From contig OZ025692.1 of NCBI GenBank assembly GCA_964019335.1, positions 434,001-498,000 of the forward strand: a stretch of 64,000 bases of DNA. Direction: 5' to 3'. This DNA is from Diplonema japonicum (lineage: Eukaryota > Protista > Euglenozoa: Diplonemea). Position numbers and translations under genes: made by a program. Shown in pieces: positions 25,761 through 38,016 of this stretch (within the stretch, counting starts at the first letter, position 1; every line of letters starts with the position of its first letter). The notes under the pieces are model-generated. The model saw nothing but the letters and a program-made list of their open reading frames with translations. It searched no databases and had not been told where the DNA came from.

Positions 25761-28700
25761 CTAAAAATCTAGAGAGCCCAACCACTCAGCAGTATTCCCG
25801 AGTAGCTCCTCTGCCAAGTCATCGATGATTTCTGTTACCAGCTCGGCTTCGTAGGGGTTCGTCTCCCAGGCAGGTTCCCAAAGACCGTGTTCAAGGAATG
25901 GGAGGTCAGGGGCTGAGGCGTGGGTCACTCGGTGCCACTCCGTACACCACTTGTCGATGAACCGTTGGAAGCTGGCCCTGTCAGCTGCCCTTACGGGCTT
26001 ACCGAATTTGCTGACATAGCAATCTCTACCTTCCTTGGCCACATTGACCAACAGTGTGTGGTACGTCCTCTGCCCTTTGTTCGAATGAGCCGTGTTCAGC
26101 ATTTTATCCATTTTCTCATCCAACTCCTGCTCCTTCATTCCTGGATTGCCAGCAAGCACTTTGCACACACTTTTCAAGGCAGCCTGGGTAATTTCCTGTC
26201 CCCGCTGAGCTTTCTTACCACCTCTCCCTCTTGCTCTTGAGACCGGTGTTGTTTGTGAAGCTGCCTTCACAGTACTCCTGTATTTTTTGTTTAGTAGACC
26301 TTTATTCCTTTCTCCATACGTGTCGTTATTGCCTATCACATGGCCAACGACTTCGTCCATCATGTCCTCTATCAAGATATCTGTGCAGTGGTCTATTGTT
26401 CTCAGCTCCTGTGATATGGTGCATTTGTGTTGTTGTTGTGGTAGTACCATCAGTTCGCCTGCGTACATCTCGTAGGTCTGTGCCACCTCGACCATGGACT
26501 GCTTTATCAAGGCACCCCTTGCCTCCATCTCATTTGTAATAAGGGCCATCACAGTGCAGATCATCCTTGTCGCACTGTCGCTTGCCTCCACCACCGCGCC
26601 CCATTCCTCTGTCTCAGCGTCCTTCACCTCAACGCGTTCACAGTCTTCCTCTGCGCAGCATTGTCCCACCGCCACCTGTATGTGTTGCCAATGTGCTTAT
26701 CAACGCTTACCTGTAAATCTGCGTTTCGTGTTTCTTCGAGTTTTTCTGCCAGCTCTTGTTCTCGTTCTGCTTCTCCGTGTAATGACTGTCTCATGGACAC
26801 CTCTGCGAGTACTTCCCCCACCATGTCGTCTGCCAAGCTGGTCATTAGCGACGCCGCGCACAAGTCCGCTTTTTGTTGTATCTGTCGCAGTTTGTAAGGT
26901 CTTGGTTCCCTGCATACCTCGATGTTGTTCCCTTGTGCCGCTTCTTCTTGCGCAAGAGCTTCACGTGCTGTCGCTTCGTCCGTTTGGAAGCCCATCACGT
27001 CACGGACCACTGCTGCTGCACGGTGGCTTTCCTGCATTGCTTCCTCCCAACTAGCGTCTTCCGCAGTTGTAATCTGCCGTCTTTCTTCAGCTTCTGCAGC
27101 AAGTCTATTGTCTTGTGCTTCCCTGTCGCGGACAGCTTGCTCTGCAGCCCATCGTTCTTTTTCCGCATCCAGGAGTTCTTCTTCTCTCAATCTCTGTGCC
27201 TCCAGCTCTGTTTCCTTTTCTTCGTCTATTTCTCCCGCTTGAACAGGTGAGGGCACCCTGGTGACAGCCTCAGTTTTGGTGACAAGCGCCACCACCTCTT
27301 CGACTACATCGTCCAGCAACGTTGTGAAGAGCGCCTCTGTCTGGCTTGTGGCTTCCTGTGTTGTGTGACAGGTGTGATTCGGAACTACCTGGTTCAGGTG
27401 GGTGGCCTCGGCAAACAAGCTCTCTGCAGCTGCAAGGTTTGCATTCTCTTCGCTGGCGATGTCCGCCCTTGTAGAGGTCTCCTGCGTTGGTTGTTGTGAG
27501 AAGACACACATACCTGCTCTTGCACAACGTTTCGTTCCCGTTGTTGGGTGTCTTTCAGGAGTTCTCGTTGTTCTTCAAGATCTTGTTTTCTCTGTTCAGC
27601 AAGCTCCCTTTCCTTTTGCTCTGCCAAGTCCTTTTCCCGTCGTTCCACTGCTTCTCGTTCTCTTGCGGCTTTGGCTTCTCTTTCGCTCTCTTCTCTTTCC
27701 GCCAGCTCCCTTTCCCTTTGCTCTGCCAAGTCCTTTTCCCGTCGTTCCGCTGCTTCTCGTTCTCTTGTGGCTTTGGCTTCCCTTTCGCTCTCTTCTCTTT
27801 CCGCCAGCTCCCTTTTTTGTTGTTCGGCAGCTTCCCGTTCCCGTTGCTCTGCGGCCTGCCGGTCCCTTTCCCTTTGCCGGTCAGCTTCTATTTCAGAGGC
27901 TTCTTTTCGCCGCCTTGCTTCGGCCTGAGAGGCTGCAGCTTCTCGGGCTGCGACAACCGCGTCCTCAAGTTCCTTCTGTTCGGCTCGCAGCTTTGAAAGT
28001 GCTTCGCTTTGCCCCTCTTGCTCCTCCGCAAGTGCCCTTTTTGCGATCTCTGCTTCTTGAAGTGCAGCACGCTCTCGCTTCACGTTCTCCCTAAGCTCCT
28101 GCAGCAGGTGTTCTTCTGACTCGCGCTCTGCTGCCATAGTCGTTTTTTGCTCCTCTTCCGCTGCTCTTTGCGTTTCGAAAGCCTCGCGCTCTTGTTCAAG
28201 CACCGTTCTGCTTGTTTCCAAAGTCTCTCTCATCTGCCTAAGCGCTTCTTCTTCTGTTCCCCTTTTGTGCACCTCTTCTTTCTTTCGTGCATCAAACTCC
28301 TCTTTCTCACGCTGCAGTGCTTCTTTTTCAGCCTCTACTGCCTCCCTCTCACGCTGCAGTGCTTCTTTTTCAGCCTCCACTGCCTCCCTCTCACACTGCA
28401 GAGCCAGGTTTTGTGATTCTTCACCCAGGCGCTTGGCCGCTTCTATGTCCTCCACAAAAGCCTGTCTATCACGCCCGAGAGCCTCCCCTTGTGCTTCCAC
28501 GGCCTCCCGTTCCCGGTCAAGCGCGAGCCTATCTTCAATCAAAGCCTCGTTGCACTTGCTTGCCAACTCCCGTTGTGTTTCCAGTTCCTCCTTTTCTGCT
28601 TGAAAAGCGCTTCTGCTTTCCTCTAGCGTAGCCCGCATCTGCCCCAGCGCCTCCCGTTCCACAGCTAAGCCTTCTGTCTCTTCTCTCTGCTGTGCTTCAA

Positions 28701-30264
28701 ATGCTGTCTTTTCCGCTTCAAGGGCCGCCTGGGACACAGTATGGGTCTGTTGAATGCGCTCCTTTTCCTTGCTCCATGTTTTCTCCCGGTTCTCAAACGC
28801 CTTGAGAGCTTCATCTTGCTTCTTTTCGTTCTCCTCCTTCAGCACCAAATCTGCATGGAATAACGCCAGTTTTTCTCCCAAACCCTTTTCACGTTTGCTG
28901 ATGTCCTCTTCACGTCTGCGGATGTCATCTTCCAGCCTCTTCTTTTCTTCATGGTGCTGCTCGGCAAGGTGCTCTACCCGCCGCCTATCTTCCTGAAGCT
29001 CCTGTTTTGCGGTATCTAGCTGCTTTTGTTCAAGCTCCATTTGCGACTTCTGTGCATCCGCCGCCTGCGCTAGCTCCTCGCGCAGTGCTTCCACTCTGTC
29101 GCTCTTGTCAGCGACCTCCTTCTCTTTGGTTTCGATCGTTGCAGTCATGCGTTCCATTTCGGCTTTGCAGCGTTCCTCTTTCTCGAGCAGGTCGTGTTCC
29201 CTTGTGTCTAGATCTGCCACAGCCTCCTCGTGTCGGGAGTGGCGTCCCCGTGCGTCGTCAAGGTCTATGGTGAGACGCTTGTTTTCATGTTCCAGTGTGC
29301 GTTGCTGCACGCTCATGTTGGAGGTGATTTCTTGCCGCTGGAAGTGCTTGTAGTCTGAGCATTCCTTGCTGATGAAGTCGATCCTTGTCAGAAGTTCCTC
29401 GTCTTGCAGGAGGAACAGAGCGTGGTGGTCGTGTCTAGAGGCACGCGCAGCAAGGAGCAACAGGCACGACATGCCGTCGGCTTCCTCCTTCATCACAGCA
29501 ACCCTGCAATCATATTCGCACGCGGCAAGCTTCCGGTACCCAGACATGTTCTGCACGATGTTGGTGACACGTGTTTGTTGATCCTTCTCGACGGCAGCTC
29601 TTGTACCGTGCTCCCCGGTTTCGATGACCTGAACGCCCTCAAGGTACGCACGGTCACGTCGATGCTGATCGTTGATGGCTTGTATGAGGACCTGGAACTC
29701 GGTTTCCTGCAAGGTGTCGAGCTTGCGCCGCCATTTGGTTTCCTGTTTCACGATGTACTTCGCGATGTCACGAAGAGAGGGTTTGCGTTTGGTACTTTTC
29801 GGTTTTTCATGCGGGTCGAAGGGATCTGCTTCGACATGCGAGTGCGTGTGCGACACGGCCTCGAAGTTGGGTATCTTAGGGATAGGAAGGCGTGGCCGTG
29901 TGGGGACGTCTTCACTTCGGTGGACAAACTCTCGGAACTGGATTTGGAACTCTTCCAGCTTTGCTTGGATGGCATCTGCCCTGTGGAGGGCCTCGGGGAT
30001 GCTGCATGTGGCTTGTGTTGGCACTGGTGGTGGTTTCTCTACCTTCCTCACACGCTTTCGTTTTACAGCCGGTTCCTTTTCTTTTATTTTATTTTCGTCC
30101 TTCTTCTGCTCCACACGTTTCGGGGAAAACAACTGCTCGAGACACAGACTCCTCTCCCCTGCAGACCACGAAGACATCTTCTGGTACATGTCAGTAGTGA
30201 TCCTGTTCATCTCGCGCACTACCGCCTCATCATTCATTACGGACCCCCTTGCGTCCCTGTTCAT
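25761..30264 (-). CDS. Large coiled-coil protein (~1478 aa) with possible CAP350/TRM (DUF4378-like) C-terminal motif; exons 30264-27514, 27481-26711, 26675-25761
   Basis: E/R/K/Q/A-rich helical ORF starting MNRDARG. Two GT-AG introns join three ORFs in frame. C-terminus is WETNPYEAELVTEIIDDLAEELLGNTAEWL. Confidence 0.8.
26676..26710 (-). other. Predicted 35-nt intron
   Basis: CAG|GTAAGC...ACATACAG|GTG, phase 0, joins ORFs 26624-27511 and 25761-26675. Confidence 0.85.
27482..27513 (-). other. Predicted 32-nt intron
   Basis: CAG|GTATGT...CAACGCAG|GAG, phase 0, joins ORFs 27394-30747 and 26624-27511. Confidence 0.85.
27600..27830 (-). repeat. Near-identical ~100-bp coding tandem duplication (ELAEREESEREAKA.REREA.ERREKDLAEQ.ER, two copies plus a partial)
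   Basis: Visible in both DNA and protein; a 42-bp LQREREAVEAEKEA repeat also occurs at ~28305-28400. Confidence 0.8.
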
Positions 30265-32627
30265 CCCTGCATGGGTGGGCAAATGGCTGAGATTTTTTTT
30301 TTTTTTTGCCGCCTTCCTTTTTTTTTTTTTTTTTTTATAATTTTTTTGGGGCACGGTTGTGTCAAAAAACTGAAAACTCAAAAAAGAAAGAAAAGAAACG
30401 AAAGAATGGTTCACTGATTGGGGGGGGATAATATAAAGCAAAGGTATAGTATAAAAAAAGAGGGAGGGGGGGGGGGGGAAAGAAATAAGAAAAGAAAGCT
30501 TGTGTGTGGAAAAAAAAAGGGAAGCGAGAAAGAAAAAGAGAACACACCTCCCCCCCCCTCCCCAGGATGGGATAACCAAAGATGAGATACACCGGACCCA
30601 GTCGACGCTGGGGAGGGGGGGGGGGGGGTTCTTTTTTGTTGCTGTTCCCCTTTTTCTCTTTCCTCTCTTCTTCCTTTCTTCCCTTTCTTCACTTGTTCTA
30701 ACCCTTGTCTTTTTTTTTTTTTGTGGTTTGCCGGCTCCTAACAGCAATTTCCTCTTCTTTTCCCCCTTCCCTCTTCTGTTCTCTCGAAAGGATCAAGTCA
30801 CGCGCACGAAGTGAACACAGAAGGGGGGGGGGTGCTGGAAAAAAAAGCCACAGTATTTGGAAAAAAAAAAAGAAAACGGTCTATTTCTTTTTTTTTAAAA
30901 TAGTTCTCTCTTTTTTTTTGTTGCTCCGTATTTCCTTAACTACGGACAAAAAAAAAAAACACCGGACCAATAAAACTCAAAGTGCAGGACAAACCCCCTC
31001 ATGGAGGGCCGCCCTTGGGTGGGTTGGGGGGGGCTATCTATTTATACTCCCCTTCTGGAATAAAATAACAATTTCCCCCCCCCATTTTTTTGCTCTTTTA
31101 CAAATTCAAAAGGAAAAAGGAAAAAGAACAGCATCCCCCATTTCGGGGGGGGCAGCCTACCCTGCGAAAGGGCAAACACACAACGAGTAAAAAAAAAAAA
31201 GAAGAAAAAAAGAGAGAAAAAAAAGAAAAAAAGAAAAAAAACACCTCTCTGTCTTTGTATCCCCTATCTTCATTTTTTTTTTTAAAAAAAATTATTCCCC
31301 CTTTCTTTCTGACCTTAATCCAAGTAAGTAAAATAAAGTATAAAGTATTTTGTAATACTGTAAAAACGGAAGAAAAAAAAAGGGGGGGGAAGAAGAAGAA
31401 AAATATCCCGGCTGGTCCAGCTTTGAGAGTGGATTGCTGCTCCCAGCATGCTAGAGGTGTGCCCAGGGAAATAGATCTGGAAGGAAAGTACTAGCGGGTG
31501 CTTGGGCAGACCGGAAGCTTTTCTTTCCAGATTTCTTTTTTTTAATTTTTTTTTTTTTAAACGCTCCACATCTCTAAAACCTGTTAAGGGGGGTTGGGGG
31601 AAAATCTTGCAAAGGTTGGCTGAGAAGTTTCATATGGACAGACGCGAGGGTCCCGTGGATGTAATTTTCATTTTGAGTAAAAACCCTTTGGGCAAAAAAG
31701 AAAGAAAAAAAATAAATTGTCCTAACGAAAGGGGGTTCGATTAAACGTGGGTTTTAGAGATCTGAGGCGCAAATGTTTTTTTTTTTGCTGTAAATGTTTG
31801 AATAAGGAAGAAGCCTTTGGGAAGGGGCCTTTCCTTATGTGGTCTCACTCAGTGCAGGTATTGGAGAAGGAAAGAAAAAAAAAAAAGGGAAAAAAAAACT
31901 ACCATCAACCCAATAAAGCTTGTGCGAATAAAAAAAACGAAATAATTCGGCTGTTGATCTTTATCGGCAATAGCTTTTTTTTTTTTTTTCCCCGGCAAAA
32001 AAAGATAATCAGGGGGGGGGGGTGGAAAAAACAGGCAACTGCCCGATCTGGGAAAGTTATTTTCCCAAAAAAAAAAAGTACCATTTTTTTTTTGTTGGAG
32101 GGGGGAGAAAAAAAAAAGAAGAAAGAAAGACTGGATAGAAATCTTTGTAAGAGCTTTTAACCTGAAAAAGTGAACCCTCCCCTTTGTATACAAATAAATA
32201 TCGTTTTAGTTGGAAAAAAAATAAAAGGGAAAGAAGAAAGAGAAAAAAAAAAAACGTAAGGAAAAGAAAGGAGGAAAGAAGCGCATGTGGTGGGGGAGAC
32301 CCCCCCCCCCCCCCCCCCCCCCAGCAGATCTCCGATCGTTCTGTCTTAACAACCTACACAATGCAGCGAGGCATTCAAACAGAAGGACGCTGAAAAAAGT
32401 ACAAGAGATACGATTTGGGCTTCCCCTCCCCCTACCTTTTTCCCCCATTGATGATGCTATCTTGAATGGAATGAATATAGAAAAAAAAAAGAAAAAAAAA
32501 AGACATTTTTCATGAGCTGTTCCCAGCGTCGACGAAATTTTATGATCCCCTCTCTGAACGGGAGAAAAAAAAAATAAAATAAAGAAAGAAAAAAAAAAAC
32601 CTAGAAATCTTGGTCATGTGTCTGCTA

Positions 32628-32658
<31 letters not shown>

Positions 32659-32895
32659 CCGAGCGTGTGCCTCAGCCAGGAGTGCACTTTATCCACCTGA
32701 GCCAATCTACTGTCCGTCTTCCACTAAGGGGGGGGAGTGCATCATCTGATGTACTACTTGTTTATCCCCATTAGCACCCAAAAATAAATCGTTTTTTTTT
32801 TCTTTCTTTTTTTTTTCGCACGTAGCATCAGTATCCCCCCCCCCCCCCCCCTCGAATTATGATACACAACTGTAGGTAATGTGATAATTATTATT

Positions 32896-33242
32896 TCACA
32901 TCAAGACACACTGCCCTTCCCGTTCGAGATTGCCAATGCAGTAGGTGTCCCAGGCACTCTTTTGTTTATGGAGGAGGAAGTCTTCAGTTACATCAGTGCC
33001 TGCCCGTCGGAGGAGGGTCTCCCTGCCACCAGGATGCGTCTCAAAGTTTGTGATATTATAAACCTTGCCCCCGGCAGTAACCCATGCATCAGAAGAAGTG
33101 TTATGCCGTGCCACTTCTTCCATTGTGTATACGCTACCCTCACTTTTTTTCGATCCCAGCACCTTAGCAAGCTCGTAAAGACACAGATCATGCTGTTTCG
33201 TAGGTTGCCTGCCACACCTGCGCATTCGAGAATGGCCTGGGG

Positions 33243-33294
<52 letters not shown>

Positions 33295-33323
33295 TACATA
33301 CCGCTGCTTGCACATGCAGGCAT
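32896..33323 (-). CDS. Cytochrome b5-domain protein with C-terminal CaaX box (~120 aa); exons 33323-33302 and 33236-32896
   Basis: YTMEEVARHN..DAWV...KVYNIT..HPGG...AGTDVTEDF..H is a b5 heme-binding domain with both His ligands; ends CVLM; a phase-1 intron supplies the start MPACASSG. Confidence 0.85.
33237..33301 (-). other. Predicted 65-nt poly-A intron (phase 1)
   Basis: G|GTATGTAC-(A)~48-CCTCCCCAG|GC joins the ATG at 33323 in frame with the b5 domain. Confidence 0.75.
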
Positions 33324-33649
33324 TGTTTTTTTTTTTTTTTTTTTTTTTTTCCCCTCGTCTTTTCTCTGCGCGTGGGGGGTATGGGGTGGGCCTTTTCCTA
33401 TTTCCCCCCCCTCTCCCTCTCCCCCCCACCTTTAAACGGGGGGGGGTTTTTTTAAGAAAAAAAGGGGGGGGGGAATGCTAGAAAAAAAAGGTTAACAATC
33501 TTATTAAACAAATACCTTCATTTTTTTTTTTCCCCTCGTAATGTGCGTAGCCGATTTATTAGAAATTTGTTTCATTTTGGGGAGAAACAAAAAAAAATGT
33601 GTAACCATGGTGGGGGGGGATCAAAAAAAAAAAACACGCCCCTCTTCCC

Positions 33650-34843
33650 TCACATTCTATCAGGAATAAGAAGCGCAGCCCGGAGCACAGTCTCGTCATC
33701 ATTATGGCGACCGACGACCTGCACGGAGCAGATGGGGAGGCCGGCGTTGTTTCTGTGCGAAAGCGGCACATTAAGAACAGGTAGCCCAGCGTGCGACCAT
33801 GGGATGTTCATTGAAGGGTCACCGGTTGTCTTATCAGACAACAAAGGAGCACAGGGCTCGACTGTTGACGGTGCAAGCAGCACATCGACCCCAGCCCTGT
33901 CCATGCACACCTCGACAGCCTCACGCAAGGCCAGCATGGACGCCTGCCCGCTTTCTACCTCCATATCAGTCACCTTGGACCCACGAACCATCATTTCGTT
34001 GAACTTCACACTAAAGATGTCCTCGTTCCCTCGCCACAGGTTTTTATGAACACGGAATGCCTCGCCTTCAGTAAGGAGTTTGTGCCGTACCAGCACTTCG
34101 GACACGTTCTCAAGAATATTAAGATACTCTGTAACAACACTGAAGGTAGGTTCGTCGCCGATGTTCCTGGTGGAGAGAGACAGGTAGTTGCAATGAGGAA
34201 GTCCGAATGATATTTTACCCTGTCGTGAATAGACACCAGTGTCCCACCTATCTATCAAAGCCTGTGATAGGAGCAGGGTGAGGTCGTGGGTGGCGGCGAA
34301 AAACCCGGGTTGGTCCACAGATGGAGAAAAATTCACAAATCCGTCTCTAGGAAGGCGGTTCAAAGATGGTTTAAAGCCGTATGTAGCGCAGTATGCTGCA
34401 GGCCGGATGACGGACCCGTTAGTTTGTGTGCCTAAGGCAACGTCTGTGATGCCCAGAGCAACTGCAGCGGCACTTCCTGAAGAACTCCCGCCAGGTGTGT
34501 GTACGCGTGACCAGGGGTTTAGTGTTGCGGAGGAGTCCATGAATTGCATTTCGGTGCATATTGTCTTTCCTATCACAAGGCCGCCGTTTTGTTTCACGTT
34601 ATTCACCAGGCACCCTTCTTTGCCTTCGAATTTGAGTTTTTTCGTGCCAGCGCGGGTTTCCCACCCTTCCACGTGGAACACATCTTTCACACCCACTGAT
34701 ACGCCCTCCAGAATCGACCCTTTCCAATTTTTTTCATTATGCGCGTTGATCCGTTCTCTAATTGCTTCTTCAGTGTAACCCAACATTGCCTTGTACCTCT
34801 GGTTGTCCTGTATCCCTCTCAGGAACCTGCTCATACATGTCAT
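33650..34843 (-). CDS. Amidase signature family enzyme (~397 aa), bacterial malonamidase-like type
   Basis: GVKD (catalytic Lys), TPGGSSSGSAAAVA, GTQTNGSVIRPAAYC, GFKPS; start assumed at MTCMSR after poly-A. Confidence 0.88.
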   Translation of the reverse strand: MTCMSRFLRGIQDNQRYKAMLGYTEEAIRERINAHNEKNWKGSILEGVSVGVKDVFHVEGWETRAGTKKLKFEGKEGCLVNNVKQNGGLVIGKTICTEMQFMDSSATLNPWSRVHTPGGSSSGSAAAVALGITDVALGTQTNGSVIRPAAYCATYGFKPSLNRLPRDGFVNFSPSVDQPGFFAATHDLTLLLSQALIDRWDTGVYSRQGKISFGLPHCNYLSLSTRNIGDEPTFSVVTEYLNILENVSEVLVRHKLLTEGEAFRVHKNLWRGNEDIFSVKFNEMMVRGSKVTDMEVESGQASMLALREAVEVCMDRAGVDVLLAPSTVEPCAPLLSDKTTGDPSMNIPWSHAGLPVLNVPLSHRNNAGLPICSVQVVGRHNDDETVLRAALLIPDRM

Positions 34844-37195
34844 TTTTTTTTTTTTTTGTTTGTTCAAAACAACTTTTTTTCTCCTTTATGAAATATGGTG
34901 GTCCCGTGAAAATTATCATAGAAACAACAGGAAATTTAAAAAAAAAAAAAAAAAAGGAACAAAGAATTGAGTAGCATGGGAAAAGGGACAAAAGGAGGGA
35001 TGATCAATTTGTCTTTTTTTTTTTTTTCTCTCGTTTTTTTTTTTCTGAAAAAGGAGAACAGGGGTATAGGGAGAAGGGGAAGAACACGAAAACAAAAAAG
35101 AGGGGGGGGGGGAAAGAAAAAAAATACTGTCGATCTCCGTATTTTGTTTACCCCTGAATGACCTTCAAGTTTTCAACGACCTATGTAACCCGTTCCCTTC
35201 TTTTTCTTCTTCTTCTTTTTTTTTTTTCCTCCCCTTCTCCTCCCTCACCTCGGGTTCATGGCTATTGTGTGTACCTCAGTTCAAAGGTTTCCATCACTCC
35301 TCGGTGGACGCCTCCCTCAGGGAATAAATTAAAATAAGGATATACTGTTCAGTATTCATTTTTTGTTTAGGGCAATAGACACAGGTTTCAGTGTGCCCAT
35401 GTCACATATCTTGGGACTGTGTGTCTAAAGAACAGCCTTGCAGAGGTTGCTAGTTCTTTCCTCTCTCACGGAGCCGAGACTGAAAAAAAAAGCCAAAAAA
35501 GAGAGAGAGAAAACAGCTGTTAATCCCCCCCCCTGTAAGTTGCCTTTTTCTTTTTTTTTTGCTGTGGGCATCTGGGGGGGGAACAATTCTGAAGATTTAG
35601 CAACCTTTTTTCTCTCTTTTTTTTCCCCCTGAAATCCTGCCCCCCCCCCCCCCCCCCCCATGTCACAATTATCTTTTTTTTGAGGCCAAAATTAAAAAAT
35701 ACGGTCCTATAATTCTTTTTTTTTTAAAAATGAAAAGGATGTGGGGATGAAGAAGTAAATAAACAGAACTGGTCAAAAAAAAAAAAAAGTGCTCACCCTC
35801 CAATGCAACACGAAATACAAAAAAAAAAAGAAAAAAAAAAGAAAAGAAAAAGGGGTGAAGAGAAAAAGGGGCAGGGGGACATTAGGGGAAGAAAAAAAAG
35901 TTTCCTTTTATTTACTTATTTTATTTTATTTTTTTTTTACATTTACACCTTCCCCACCTCTTCCTCCCAATTGAGCGTCCGCAAACTGGAAGAGGCATCT
36001 GACTCTATTTTTTTTCTCTTTTTAAAAAATTTTTCTTCTACTTTTTTTTCTTCTTCTTTTTTTCCCTCTGCCATCTTTCTAGTTGCCAATTATCATATAT
36101 TTCCCCCTCCTGAGAAGTAACAAGAAATGTACACAATCAAAAAAAAGGGGGATACGTCATATAAGTTTCTTTGCAAACATCTTCCTTTCTCCTCACCTCA
36201 AAATAAGAAACTTACAGTTTCACGCAGGGGGGGGGGGGGAGAAGAAAAACAAGAAGTTGCTTTACTACTACAGATGCTTCCCTAGCGATGTTCTGGAGGA
36301 GACAAAAAAAAGGGGGGAAGGATCGCAAAAACACGGCTTTAGCATTCCTGAGGGTGTTGGTCCCGAAAAAAAAAAAAGAAAAAAAAAAAAAAAAACATGG
36401 AAACATTTAGAAATAAATAAATCACTATTGGGAGGTAGCAACAATCCACCATTAAGAGAAGGGGAGCCACGCCTTGTCAACGAAAGCAAGGGGCAATACT
36501 TTTTTTTTGAGAGTCATTTTTTTTTTCCCTCCCCCATTCTCTTCTTCCGTTCTTTTTTTTTTTTTTTTTTTTTGCTTTGTTTATCGACTTGTTCCCCCAA
36601 CAAAAAAAAATACAGAAAACAATGGGGGAACGAGAGAGGAAAAAAAAAGACTTTTTTTCTTCCTCTTTTTTTTTTTTTTTTTTTTTTGGGAAAGTAGAAG
36701 TCGTGGCTAAGTTTTATAGGGCGTTGTCCCTTAAGAAGAAAGAAAGGAAATAATAGAAGTATGGTGAGGAAGGGCCTTATCCTTTCGCCCTCCTGATGAT
36801 CCCTCAACCCTCCTCCCCCCCAAAAAAAATCATGCAATATTGTCCAGCTAAGAATAAAAGCAGCGAAATATAAGAAAAGGAATGAGGGGGGTTCTCCCCT
36901 CCTACTCCCAGTGCATCCTGTTTTTTTTTTTTTCTCTTTTTTTTTCTTCTTCTTTTTTTATTTGCAAAATTCATCACCCAAGAAGGAATCCATTTTGAAT
37001 GTGAACCGGGATCCCCCCCCTTTTTTTCTTTTTCTTTTCCCTCTCCTTGACAACACACGAGGGGGAGAGAGAAGGGGGAGGGGGGAGGGGGGGGGGGGGG
37101 GGAGTGATCGGGAGGGGAGGGTAAAAAACACTGGCCAGATATAACTCATAACACAACAGAAGAAAAAAAAATCTAAAAAAAAAAAAAAAAAAAAA

Positions 37196-37897
37196 TCAGA
37201 TCCTATCCGAGTGGAAATGTTTGACAGCAGTAGGGTAAGGGTACCCATTGCCACCAAGAAGCGACCCAGCCCCACCTCCAGGAGCATATACATCAGGCGA
37301 GATAAATGGAGGCACTGCTGGTGGAGTGTTAACATATCTTTTAGGCGAAGAGGCGGCAGTGTACTGAGGCACATGCCCCGCAGGTTTGGGAGAGTTGAAA
37401 GAAGCCGCCCCACGAGTGGGAACCCCGTAGTACTCAATGGGCTTCGGTGCCATATAAGGGCTGGGGCGGGTTCTTGAGGGTTGTTTCCTCATTAATTTCG
37501 AAAGACAATAACGAATGAGCTTTCCAAAGTAGCGTGCGAAGACACCAAAATGAACGGGTCTAGGTATTCTGTACGCTTTTAACACCGTGGCCTTGACAGC
37601 CTTTAACTTACCCATCACCCCGTTGCTCCGTGTCTCTTGGACGGGTAGAGGCGGCGCAGGCTGAGCGAGGTACGGCTGCCTGTTTACGGGGACCGGGACG
37701 ATTTCCTCTAGTTCCTCCTTTGCCATCATGTTCTGTTTCTCTATCTTCCAGGCCTCGTACTGAGCATCATAAGCAGCAATAACATCATTTCTCCGTTGCA
37801 GCTCGTCCTGGAGCCGAAGGTACAGGACCAAGGCCACAACTGCAATCACAAAAAACCCCACACACATGACTATCAAGGTTACTAATGACGAATCCAT
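37196..37897 (-). CDS. Hypothetical single-pass membrane protein (N-terminal TM, short coiled coil, P/Y-rich tail)
   Basis: 233-aa ORF bounded by homopolymer spacers; TM LVTLIVMCVGFFVIAVVALVLYL. An internal GTAAGT at 37611 may be a donor, so the C-terminus is uncertain. Confidence 0.65.
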   Translation of the reverse strand: MDSSLVTLIVMCVGFFVIAVVALVLYLRLQDELQRRNDVIAAYDAQYEAWKIEKQNMMAKEELEEIVPVPVNRQPYLAQPAPPLPVQETRSNGVMGKLKAVKATVLKAYRIPRPVHFGVFARYFGKLIRYCLSKLMRKQPSRTRPSPYMAPKPIEYYGVPTRGAASFNSPKPAGHVPQYTAASSPKRYVNTPPAVPPFISPDVYAPGGGAGSLLGGNGYPYPTAVKHFHSDRI

Positions 37898-38016
37898 TTT
37901 CTCCGCATATTATTTCTTTAAAAAAAAAAAAAAAAAAAGAAAATTCAAAAAAAAAAAAAAAAAAAAGAATTCCTGTGTGATGATGAGAAATGGGAGAAAA
38001 AAAAAAAAAAAAAACA

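Noticed and set aside
32672-32746. Possible C/D-box snoRNA on the minus strand (ATGATGC...CTGA, with CACTCCTGG before the D box)
   Set aside because: The C box is imperfect, potential rRNA complementarity is only ~9 nt and no terminal stem is clear; it would need an Infernal/snoScan run against the species' rRNA.
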